The notes beneath the pieces were generated by a model. The model did not search any database. It was not told the DNA's origin and saw only the letters and a program-made list of their open reading frames with translations. 64,000 nt of DNA from positions 19,186 through 83,185 of the forward strand of contig JAZNQN010000044.1 of NCBI GenBank assembly GCA_045590195.1, given 5' to 3'. The stretch is from Clostridia bacterium (GTDB lineage Bacteria > Bacillota > Clostridia > UMGS1883 > UMGS1540). Position numbers and translations under genes: made by a program. Shown here piece by piece: positions 1 through 8,017 of this stretch. Each line of letters begins with the position of its first letter. The stretch's first letter is position 1.

Positions 1-495
1 GATGAAGAACAAAACAAGCTCTACATCAGAACAAACATATACAGAGATAACGGAGAATTAAAAGAAGGTAAACCTAAAACGGACGAGGGCGAAAGATGCA
101 TCATACTGCCAAAGGCAACTGCGGATATGTTAAAACAGCGAAGGCGGATATCAAAATGGATATTCCCGAACCTGACAACTCCTGGATTACCCATAGCACC
201 GGAGGCAGCCTACAGAAAAGCAAAACTGATTCTAAAAAGTCTGAATCTGCCGAACATATCCTTCCATGACCTACGACACACCTTCGCAACACATGCCATA
301 GCAAGCGGTGTAGATGCAAAAACACTATCAACGATACTTGGACATACAAACCCAAGCTTCACCCTCGACACATACACACATGTAACAACAGATATGCAAC
401 AAAAAGCATCAAATATAATAGAAATCTTTATGGAAGATATACTCGGAAAGGAGATGAAACCATGGCAAGACGAAAAAGCGGACAAGGAACAGTAA
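1..495 (+). CDS. Tyrosine recombinase/integrase, C-terminal portion (gene starts left of the window)
   Basis: Frame 1 is open from nt 1 to the TAA at 493-495. Catalytic-domain motifs HDLRHTFATHAIASGVDAKTLSTILGHTNPSFTLDTYTHV match the HxxR box and C-terminal Tyr region of the phage-integrase family. Confidence 0.85.
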   Translation, partial: DEEQNKLYIRTNIYRDNGELKEGKPKTDEGERCIILPKATADMLKQRRRISKWIFPNLTTPGLPIAPEAAYRKAKLILKSLNLPNISFHDLRHTFATHAIASGVDAKTLSTILGHTNPSFTLDTYTHVTTDMQQKASNIIEIFMEDILGKEMKPWQDEKADKEQ

Positions 496-1889
496 GACTC
501 AGAAAAGATGGTCGATGGGAAGGCAGAATTGTAATCGGTTACGATGAAAATGGTCTTCCTAAGACAAAAAATGTAACAGCCAAGACAAAAACGGAATGTA
601 TTGAGAAGCTGGAAAAGCTCAAAGATGAAACAGGTTTTATCCGCAGAGAAAAAGTGCATAGCAGAATGACCTTCGGTGAATGGATGGACTTCTGGTATCA
701 GAATTACTGCAAAATGCGAATAAAGGAATCAACTCAAGAGGGCTATGAAACAAGAATATATAATCATATAATCCCCAAGATAGGAAAAATTCCCCTAAAT
801 GAATTGACTCAAAATGACCTGCAGAAATTCTACAACAGCCTTAAACAAGACGGCAGACTGAGATATCGGGATACGCTCGGCGAAGGACTGTCCGACAGGT
901 TCGTGCGAAGCTGCCATGCAAACTGCAGAACTGCACTTCAAAAGGCAACGGATGACAGACTTATAAAAAAGAATCCTGCAATAGGCTGCAAGATACCACC
1001 TAAAAAGTCAAGAGAGATGCAGGTGCTGACGCCGGATGAAATTAAAAGGTTTCTTATACAAGCAAAATATGACGGATTCTTCGAAATCTTCTTAGTAGCC
1101 TTATCTACAGGCTTACGGCGAGGAGAAGATATGGCACTAAAATGGGAAGACTTAAACCTCGATACAGGAGAACTAAAGGTGCGAAGACAAGTCAAACGGA
1201 CAAAAGGCAGATTGGTCATAACAGAGCCAAAGACAGAAGAATCGGTAAGAACGATAATACTACCCAAAAGCCTTGTAAACATCCTGAAGGAATATAAGGA
1301 AACAATAGACTCAGAGTGGATGTTCCCATCACCAAAAGTTGAAGGGATGCCAAGAGATCCCTCAGCAGTATATGGAATGATGCAGGTAATATTAGAAAGA
1401 GCAGAATGTAAAAAGCTTCGATTCCACGATCTCCGCCACACCTTCGCAACCACATCGGTAGCAAACGGAATGGACATCAAAACCTTATCCACCATCCTCG
1501 GACATGTATCAAGCAAAACAACACTTGATATATACCTGCACAGCACCGAGGAAATGAAGAAAGAAGCGGCTGAAAAGATTAACGCCCGATTCAACAAGGA
1601 TACAAACGGTAGCGAAGAAACAATCACAGAAGAACAAGAGAAGCCTCCGCAAGCCAAATTTGAGCCTAAAAAGGGCAAGATGAGAAAGCCCGGCACAGGA
1701 TGCATCAGTAAGATAAACGACCACCTATACGAAGGAAGATACTCGCCAAAGGATGACTACGGCAAACGAATGGCAAGAAACATATATGCACCGACAAGAG
1801 AAGAATGTGAAGAAAAGCTCGGCATACTGATAAAGGAAATGAAAGCCGAAATCGCAGAACAAAAAGCAAAGCTCAAAAATGCAAAATAA
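462..1889 (+). CDS. Tyrosine recombinase/integrase, 475 aa, with arm-type DNA-binding motif at both termini
   Basis: RBS AAGGAG lies 7 nt upstream of the ATG, and the gene overlaps the upstream integrase by 34 nt. Catalytic motifs are LSTGLRRGE and HDLRHTFATTSVANG...LGHVSSKTTLDIYLHS. The N-terminal motif GTVRLRKDGRWEGRI...TKTECIEKLEKLK is repeated near the C-terminus as GCISKINDHLYEGRY...TREECEEKLGILIK. Confidence 0.85.
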   Translation: MARRKSGQGTVRLRKDGRWEGRIVIGYDENGLPKTKNVTAKTKTECIEKLEKLKDETGFIRREKVHSRMTFGEWMDFWYQNYCKMRIKESTQEGYETRIYNHIIPKIGKIPLNELTQNDLQKFYNSLKQDGRLRYRDTLGEGLSDRFVRSCHANCRTALQKATDDRLIKKNPAIGCKIPPKKSREMQVLTPDEIKRFLIQAKYDGFFEIFLVALSTGLRRGEDMALKWEDLNLDTGELKVRRQVKRTKGRLVITEPKTEESVRTIILPKSLVNILKEYKETIDSEWMFPSPKVEGMPRDPSAVYGMMQVILERAECKKLRFHDLRHTFATTSVANGMDIKTLSTILGHVSSKTTLDIYLHSTEEMKKEAAEKINARFNKDTNGSEETITEEQEKPPQAKFEPKKGKMRKPGTGCISKINDHLYEGRYSPKDDYGKRMARNIYAPTREECEEKLGILIKEMKAEIAEQKAKLKNAK

Positions 1890-1894
1890 CACAA

Positions 1895-1932
1895 ATGGCA
1901 CGGACATAAAAAAATCCGTGCCATAGCTTTTG
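1895..1932 (+). terminator. Rho-independent terminator after the integrase
   Basis: 10-bp perfect stem ATGGCACGGA (1895-1904) / TCCGTGCCAT (1915-1924), followed by AGCTTTTGG. Confidence 0.7.
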
Positions 1933-1998
1933 GTGTATTAAATTTTGATACGCCTTAAACAAAGAAAAAGACTTTGTCCCACAGTTGAAGATGAAAAA

Positions 1999-2035
1999 AT
2001 GTGGTCAAACTCGTTTTTTTGACATTTTTTTAGAC
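1999..2035. repeat. Repeat module A (ATGTGGTCAAA...TTGAC...TTTTTTTAG), degenerate copy of module B
   Basis: The exact 11-mer ATGTGGTCAAA (1999-2009) recurs at 2203-2213. Both copies are followed by TTGAC, a T7 run and AG. Confidence 0.7.
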
Positions 2036-2042
2036 AAATCAA

Positions 2043-2074
2043 AAACCTCAGAAACCGCTTGGTTACTGAGGTTT
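2043..2074 (-). terminator. Terminator hairpin immediately 3' of tRNA-Pro
   Basis: AAACCTCAG (2043-2051) pairs with CTGAGGTTT (2066-2074). On the minus strand the stem is followed by a U-run (complement of A-run 2041-2045). Confidence 0.6.
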
Positions 2075-2078
2075 AAGG

Positions 2079-2155
<77 letters not shown>

Positions 2156-2200
2156 ATATAAAATATTTGGTTTTTTCTATATTCCCGTATCTGTGGGATA

Positions 2201-2248
2201 ACATGTGGTCAAAACTTATTTGACCACATGTATTTTGTTTTTTTAGTC
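2201..2248. repeat. Repeat module B with 12-bp perfect inverted repeat and T-run (terminator-like on the plus strand)
   Basis: ACATGTGGTCAA (2201-2212) / TTGACCACATGT (2220-2231), followed by ATTTTGTTTTTTTAG. It is homologous to module A. Confidence 0.75.
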
Positions 2249-2317
2249 ACCGTAAAGTGGCATTGTTAAAAGGTTTGCGGGAGTTCGGCTGATTACTAAT
2301 GAATTGAATAGTACCGT

Positions 2318-2357
2318 GTCCCGAACGATGCGCGCTACCAAACTGCGCTACACCCCG
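2318..2357 (-). pseudogene. Orphan 5' half of a second tRNA-Pro allele (acceptor 5' strand through anticodon loop)
   Basis: 38 of 40 nt are identical to 2116-2155 of the intact tRNA. The differences are A/T at the anticodon stem and T/C at the acceptor stem. Homology ends at the anticodon loop and no 3' half follows. Confidence 0.8.
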
Positions 2358-2371
2358 TAACAACCTAAATT

Positions 2372-2400
2372 ATTATAGCACAGAGAATACATAAAGTCAA
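2372..2400 (-). promoter_or_regulatory. Near-consensus sigma-A promoter reading into the orphan tRNA half
   Basis: On the minus strand, TTGACT (2400-2395), a 17-nt spacer and TATAAT (2377-2372). The -10 ends about 14 nt upstream of the orphan tRNA 5' end at 2357. Confidence 0.65.
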
Positions 2401-2410
2401 ATATTTTTTT

Positions 2411-2437
2411 AAAGGTGCAACAATTTGTTGCACCTTT
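2411..2437 (-). terminator. Hairpin 7 nt downstream of the serpin stop (weak U-tract)
   Basis: AAAGGTGCAAC (2411-2421) / GTTGCACCTTT (2427-2437). Only 3 U follow on either strand. Confidence 0.45.
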
Positions 2438-2443
2438 AATCAG

Positions 2444-4204
2444 TTATTCCGCAATCATATATTCGCCAATAAACAATATTTCTTCGTTTGTATTATCACG
2501 AATTACAAAAGTAAATGGTTTATCAAATTTTACTTCGATTGGCTCTGTTGGCGCAGAGGCAGCACCTGCCATCATTATTGCAGTTACAGCTGCAGCTTCA
2601 GTTCCTTTTTCGTCAACATTTATATACGTTTTATGAAGTATTTTATCTATGTACATATTAAACTCGTCTTTTTTATCAAACATCTTTTCAAATTCAGCCT
2701 CAAAGGCATCAAAGGCCTTAATTATACCGGCATTTTTCAAAATATCGTTAAGCTCTATTGATGTTTCGATTTTGAATTTCGGCACATAAAGATGAATTCT
2801 TTGACCTTTCATTCTGCCAAGACCAATAATATTTTCCAGTTCAGCTACCCTATTCTCATAATCTGTCATCATTATATACATACTTATATTTACATTATCA
2901 CGATGAAAATCGGCCACAGAGCCATCATCATTTAAAGTGTGAGTAGTACTCTCATAAGGTAACTCTATTACAGTTGTTTTATCATCAGCAAAATACATAA
3001 AATTAGCTGTGTTTTGCATAAATTCAGCTTTTGAAACTGTTCCGTCGAAATTATAAAAATTATCTTTAGAGGTTAATTCTTCTTCAAATTCATTATTCCA
3101 GTTTCCGCTGAAATATACCGCATTTATAAGTGCGGCCCAAAAATCAGCGCTATTTATAATTTCAGGAATTTTTTCGTTTGTTTTATCCGAAACCCAGTTA
3201 TTTATTGTTTTAACAGCATTTTTTCTGTCAACCTCTTTTGCCTCAGCACCATAATAGGAATACACTGTGTCTTTATATGTTCTTGAAAAATTTTTGGTGC
3301 TTTCATCCTTATTAAGCCAAATAGAATTTGCAATACTAAGCTTAACAGCTTTTGCCTCTAAATAGCTTTCAATTAAAGACTTTGCAGTTTCATTATACTG
3401 AGCTATATCATAAATTTCGGCAACTTCGCTTATTTCTTTATAAGTTTCGCCCTCTGCCCCGTTTGCTGCAAGCGCAAGAGCCATTTTAATTGAAAGCGGC
3501 GAAAACATATAGTTACTATTTTTCGGCATACCGCTATTTAAATCATCTGCAAAATAACTTTTGGCAGGTGTACCGCCAAATAGTATTCCTTCAAAATCAT
3601 TTTGTGTGTAAAGTCCCTTATCAATTAGCTTTTTATAAAGCATTTGTCCGTCAGCACATTTTGATGTAAGAGCGCTGCGGCAAAGCCTTGTTACATCACT
3701 TCTTAAAAGACTGTAATTTCCTTCAACAACGCTTTTGGTAAAATTATTGTTTATTACATCTGCAGCTTTTCCAATTTTAAGAGCGTTTTCAATTGTAACT
3801 TCAGAATATCCCATAACAGTCAATAAAATTTTTAAAAACTCTTTTCCCGTAACAGTTCTTTGCGGCTGAAAAGTAGTAGCTGATGTACCGTCAATATAGC
3901 CTGCTATGTAAAATTTTTCTATAACATCGGCCGCCCAGTGGCCTTTTACATCTTCAAACGGGAAATCGGCCATAGCTATGTCACTAAATGCTACTCCTGT
4001 TGTGCGCCAGATGAAAGTTAGCGCTTCTGCACGAGTTACCTCTCTCTCCAGTTCATAACCAATATCTGTACCCTTTAAAATGCCAAGTATTGCCATACCT
4101 TCTGCACCGGTATCAATAGGTATTTCTTCCCTTGGTAAGATTGCTGCCGAAGCAGATACGAAAAGCATTAAGGCAGCTAACAATAAAGCAAATATTTTTT
4201 TCAT
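2444..4204 (-). CDS. Secreted, SLH-domain (cell-wall anchored) serpin-family protease inhibitor, 586 aa
   Basis: Signal peptide MKKIFALLLAALMLFVSASA. SLH-type repeat FEDVKGHWAADVIEKFYIAGYIDGTSATTFQPQRTVTGKEF. Serpin core motifs MFSPLSIKMALALAANGAEGETY and NAVYFSGNWNNEF. Reactive-centre hinge EKGTEAAAVTAIMMAGAASAP...VKFDKPFTFVIRD. RBS AAGGAGG upstream of the ATG. Confidence 0.85.
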   Translation of the reverse strand: MKKIFALLLAALMLFVSASAAILPREEIPIDTGAEGMAILGILKGTDIGYELEREVTRAEALTFIWRTTGVAFSDIAMADFPFEDVKGHWAADVIEKFYIAGYIDGTSATTFQPQRTVTGKEFLKILLTVMGYSEVTIENALKIGKAADVINNNFTKSVVEGNYSLLRSDVTRLCRSALTSKCADGQMLYKKLIDKGLYTQNDFEGILFGGTPAKSYFADDLNSGMPKNSNYMFSPLSIKMALALAANGAEGETYKEISEVAEIYDIAQYNETAKSLIESYLEAKAVKLSIANSIWLNKDESTKNFSRTYKDTVYSYYGAEAKEVDRKNAVKTINNWVSDKTNEKIPEIINSADFWAALINAVYFSGNWNNEFEEELTSKDNFYNFDGTVSKAEFMQNTANFMYFADDKTTVIELPYESTTHTLNDDGSVADFHRDNVNISMYIMMTDYENRVAELENIIGLGRMKGQRIHLYVPKFKIETSIELNDILKNAGIIKAFDAFEAEFEKMFDKKDEFNMYIDKILHKTYINVDEKGTEAAAVTAIMMAGAASAPTEPIEVKFDKPFTFVIRDNTNEEILFIGEYMIAE

Positions 4205-4257
4205 ATTATACCTCCTTTTTCCTTTTTAGACGAGCAGTTTTAAAAAAAGTTCCAAAA

Positions 4258-4293
4258 AACCCAAAAAATCCGCCAAGGCGGATTTTTTGGGTT
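4258..4293. terminator. Long hairpin between htrA and the serpin gene
   Basis: AACCCAAAAAATCCGCC / GGCGGATTTTTTGGGTT forms a near-perfect ~16-bp stem with T-runs on both sides. Confidence 0.75.
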
Positions 4294-4318
4294 TAGGGAT
4301 ATATCTATGAAAACGTGG

Positions 4319-5677
4319 TTATTGCGCTTTTGTAGTATCTTCGCCAAGAACAACCGAAACATCCATTGCAGAGCCGTTTCTGTTGATTTTAAGAGTTATA
4401 GTGTCGCCTGCTTTGTGTGAATCGCGTATTTCATTAAGGCCTTCGGAGCTTGTAACTTCCTGTCCGTTACAGGAAATAATTATATCACCCTTCATAATTC
4501 CGGCTTTTGCAGCACCTGTTCCCTCTGTAACTTCTACAACAAAAAGTCCTTTTGCAGGGAGATTGTAATAATAAGCTTCCTGCTCGGAAACATATCTTAC
4601 TGAAAGCCCAATAAGCGGACGGCCTTTTACATAGCCAAAGTTAATAAGGTCTTCAATAATAGGTTTTGCATCACTTATTGGAATTGCAAACCCAAGGCCT
4701 TCAACCCCGCTTGAAGAAACCTTAACCGAGTTAATGCCGATAACTTCGCCAAATTCGTTAACAAGCGCTCCACCGCTGTTACCAGGATTAATTGCAGCAT
4801 CTGTCTGAATCATTTTATAGGTTCTTCTGTCAACAGTAACAGTTCTGTTAACGGCACTTATAATACCCTGAGTAAGCGAGCCTGCAAACTCAAGCCCTAG
4901 TGGATTACCGATTGCAACAACTTTTTCGCCTGCTTCAAGATTTGTGCTTTCACCAAAAACAGCCGCAGGAAGATTTGTTTCCTCTATTTTAATTACCGCA
5001 AGGTCGGTTTTTTCGTCGCCACCAATAAGTTTTGCCTCATATTCTTTTCCTGTATTTAAAACAACTTTAACCGAGGTTGCACCTGCGATTACATGGTAGT
5101 TTGTAACAATGTATCCGTTCTCTGTAAAAATAATACCTGAGCCACTACCTGATGAAACATCTGAGAAAAAGCCCTGATACTGAACTGTGCTGACAATTCC
5201 AACTACTGATGGGCCAACAAGTTTTCCAATATCAACTGTTGACAACACTTTTCTGTCGTCTTTATTATAAGTTACGGGCTGTGCATTTGTTTTGTTTTCT
5301 TCGATTTGTGAAGTTCCAAATGAAAACTGCTGCATATTTCCGTTTTGCATAAGGCCGCTGATTACAGGCGATACAAGCGAAAAAATGAGAGCTCCCATTA
5401 TTGCGCTGACCGTTGCAACAAGCCAGGTTTTGGGCTTTTTATGCTTTTTCTCTCTTTTTATATTCTGCTTATAAGAAGAAACAACCACAGGATAAACATC
5501 ACCTTTTTTAAATCTGTAAGAAGTATCTTCATCTATTGTAAAGAAAGATTGTTGATTTTCATTTTCCAATGTTTCTGCATCAAAAGCCATATTTGCTTCT
5601 TCTTCAGAAAAATTGTTGTTTTCAAAATTTTCTTGCATAGTTTCTCTCCTTTGTTTTATTTGATTTAATTTTAACAC
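4319..5677 (-). CDS. htrA: HtrA/DegP-family serine protease with N-terminal TM helix and C-terminal PDZ domain
   Basis: Catalytic triad contexts NYHVI, DLAVIK and GNSGGALVN. PDZ-like segment GLFVVEVTEGTGAAKAGIMKGDIII. Confidence 0.9.
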   Translation of the reverse strand: MLKLNQIKQRRETMQENFENNNFSEEEANMAFDAETLENENQQSFFTIDEDTSYRFKKGDVYPVVVSSYKQNIKREKKHKKPKTWLVATVSAIMGALIFSLVSPVISGLMQNGNMQQFSFGTSQIEENKTNAQPVTYNKDDRKVLSTVDIGKLVGPSVVGIVSTVQYQGFFSDVSSGSGSGIIFTENGYIVTNYHVIAGATSVKVVLNTGKEYEAKLIGGDEKTDLAVIKIEETNLPAAVFGESTNLEAGEKVVAIGNPLGLEFAGSLTQGIISAVNRTVTVDRRTYKMIQTDAAINPGNSGGALVNEFGEVIGINSVKVSSSGVEGLGFAIPISDAKPIIEDLINFGYVKGRPLIGLSVRYVSEQEAYYYNLPAKGLFVVEVTEGTGAAKAGIMKGDIIISCNGQEVTSSEGLNEIRDSHKAGDTITLKINRNGSAMDVSVVLGEDTTKAQ

Positions 5678-5723
5678 TTAATTATTATCAATCTATGAAC
5701 AAACTTAAAAAAAAATTTAAAAC

Positions 5724-7139
5724 CTAGGCTTTTTTTAGTTTAAACTTAAATCTTGCCCACCTGTCTTTTTCGCTTTCAACTAAAATTTTTTCGCCGTGAT
5801 TTGCCAAAATGCTGTGAACCATAAAAAGCCCTAATCCCATACCATTTTTATCATAGCTACGAGATTTATCTGACTTATAAAATCTTTCAAACACATGGCT
5901 TATTTCCTCAGGGGTAATACCAATGCCAGAATTTTCAACAGAAATATCAACCTTTCCTCCCGAAGCTCGCAATACTTTAATTTTTATATATCCGCCTTCA
6001 AAATTAAATTTAATTGCGTTATCGATAAGGTTAGTCATAACCTGTGAAATTGCATCTTTATCGGCGAAAACAAATTCGTTTTCATTTTCAAATTCAATAT
6101 CAACATCAATTTTTTTCTCGTTAATCTGATTTTCAAATCTTAATATAGTTATTCTTACAAGCTCGTTAATATCAAAGCTTCTTGGCGAAAGCTTCATAGT
6201 GCCCGATTCAATTCTGGAAAGGTCTAAAAGTTTTCCAACAAGCCTTGCAAGACGTTTTGTTTCATCAAGAACAATTTTCAGGTATTTATCCTTATCTTCT
6301 TCTGAAATAGTTCCATCAAGAATCCCCTCAACAAAACCTGAAATTGTAGTCATAGGCGTTCTAAGTTCGTGAGAAACGTTTGAAATAAAATCAGAACGCA
6401 TATCTTCAAGGTTTTTTAAAGAATCGGTCATTTTATTAAAGTTTTCAGCAAGTTCCGCAATATCAGTATTCCCTTCTGCCCGAACTTTCAAATCAAAATT
6501 CCCTTTTGCTATTTCTTTGGAAATTTTATTCATTTCCATTATCGGCCTTGATATTCTTTTAGAGTAAAAATAAAGCATAACAACAACGCCGAAAAAAACG
6601 ATAGTTATTGTTGTAAGAAAGGTTTTAACAAAATAATACTTTTGCTGATTAACAACCGGAGATGGAACAGACAAAAAAGTTGCCCCTACAATAGAGTTAT
6701 TCCCTTTAAGAGGAATTCCAACCGTTAAATATGTCCCCTTAAAAAGGCCGTTCATATTACCAATCTGCAAAAAATCGTTACCATCTAAAACCTTTTTGGC
6801 AATTTTATCTTCAGGAACTCTGTCTCCAAAATGCTTCGATGCATTGTTGCTGGTTAACAGATTTCCATACCTGTCCATAATATACACAACGCCGTTTACT
6901 TTGCTTGCAGAATCGTTTAAGCTTTTTTTATAAAGCTTTTCAACAGTAGGCGTTCTGTTTGACAGATAAAATATCGTAAGGTCATTTATTCTTTCTGCTT
7001 CATCTCTTAAAATGTCGCCTTTTTCATTTATAAAAAAGTCGCCTAAAAAGCCAAATAAAACAGTTCCCGTAACAATTAAAAGAACAAGCGTTATAATTAC
7101 ACTTACAAATATAATTCTCGAGTAAATTGTTTTAAGCAT
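5724..7139 (-). CDS. Sensor histidine kinase (2 TM, HAMP, HisKA, HATPase)
   Basis: H-box SNVSHELRTPMT, N-box LIDNAIKF and G-box GMGLGLFMV. The ATG directly abuts the response-regulator stop. Confidence 0.9.
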   Translation of the reverse strand: MLKTIYSRIIFVSVIITLVLLIVTGTVLFGFLGDFFINEKGDILRDEAERINDLTIFYLSNRTPTVEKLYKKSLNDSASKVNGVVYIMDRYGNLLTSNNASKHFGDRVPEDKIAKKVLDGNDFLQIGNMNGLFKGTYLTVGIPLKGNNSIVGATFLSVPSPVVNQQKYYFVKTFLTTITIVFFGVVVMLYFYSKRISRPIMEMNKISKEIAKGNFDLKVRAEGNTDIAELAENFNKMTDSLKNLEDMRSDFISNVSHELRTPMTTISGFVEGILDGTISEEDKDKYLKIVLDETKRLARLVGKLLDLSRIESGTMKLSPRSFDINELVRITILRFENQINEKKIDVDIEFENENEFVFADKDAISQVMTNLIDNAIKFNFEGGYIKIKVLRASGGKVDISVENSGIGITPEEISHVFERFYKSDKSRSYDKNGMGLGLFMVHSILANHGEKILVESEKDRWARFKFKLKKA

Positions 7140-7838
7140 TTACTTCACCTCAAACTTATATCCTACTCCCCACACAGTTTTAAGCGACCAGCCTTCATCA
7201 ACGCCTTCAAGCTTTTCACGAAGCCTTTTTACATGAACATCAACCGTTCTTGAATCGCCAAAATAATCAAAATCCCAAACTTCACCCAGCAGCTGTTCTC
7301 TAGTAAAAACGCGGTTTGGATGAGATGCAAGAAAATATAAAAGCTCGAGTTCCTTTGGCGGAACATCAATTTCTTCTTCCTGAACGCGAAGCTCGTAATT
7401 GTTAAGGCTTATGTAAAGCCCGGGAAGGGAAACCTCGCCATTATCGGCTTTGTCAGCTTTATTTTCAAATCTTCTTAAAACTGCCTTTATTCTTGCAGAA
7501 AGCTCTTTTGCCTCAAAAGGCTTAACAATGTAGTCATCCGCTCCCATTTCGAGCCCTAAAACTTTGTCAAATGTTTCGCCTTTGGCAGTAAGCATAATTA
7601 TCGGAACATTACTCTCTGCCCTGATTTCTCTGCAAACTCTTATTCCATCGATTTTAGGAAGCATAATATCAAGCACTATAAGGTCAGGCGATGCTGATTT
7701 AAACTTTTCTATTGCCTCTTCGCCATCGTATGCAAACAAGGTTTCATAACCTTCTTTTTTAAGATACAAACCTATAAGGTCGCAAATATTTTTATCATCG
7801 TCAACAACCAAAATTTTCGTTTCGTTCATTAAATTCAC
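7140..7838 (-). CDS. OmpR/PhoB-family response regulator
   Basis: Receiver motifs VVDDDKNICDLI and DLIVLDIMLPKIDG. Winged-helix motifs RTVDVHVKRLREKL and GVGYKFE. Confidence 0.9.
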   Translation of the reverse strand: MNLMNETKILVVDDDKNICDLIGLYLKKEGYETLFAYDGEEAIEKFKSASPDLIVLDIMLPKIDGIRVCREIRAESNVPIIMLTAKGETFDKVLGLEMGADDYIVKPFEAKELSARIKAVLRRFENKADKADNGEVSLPGLYISLNNYELRVQEEEIDVPPKELELLYFLASHPNRVFTREQLLGEVWDFDYFGDSRTVDVHVKRLREKLEGVDEGWSLKTVWGVGYKFEVK

Positions 7839-8017
7839 TCCTTTTATTTTATTCTAACATAATTTGTTAATAAAATGTAGGTGTATTTTTTAAGTAAAAG
7901 TAAATTTTTTGTAAACTACTCTATTATTATATATAAATATGCAATAAAAATCAACACATTGACAAAATTTATAAGATGTTGTAAAATTGTCGTATAATAA
8001 AAACAAAGGGGTTTTTT

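Noticed and set aside
938-1705. 255-aa minus-strand ORF, together with the 210-659 ORF, 149 aa
   Set aside because: Both lie entirely antisense to motif-supported integrase genes. Their translations are low-complexity and S/F/L-rich, with no motifs or RBS. These are typical shadow ORFs.
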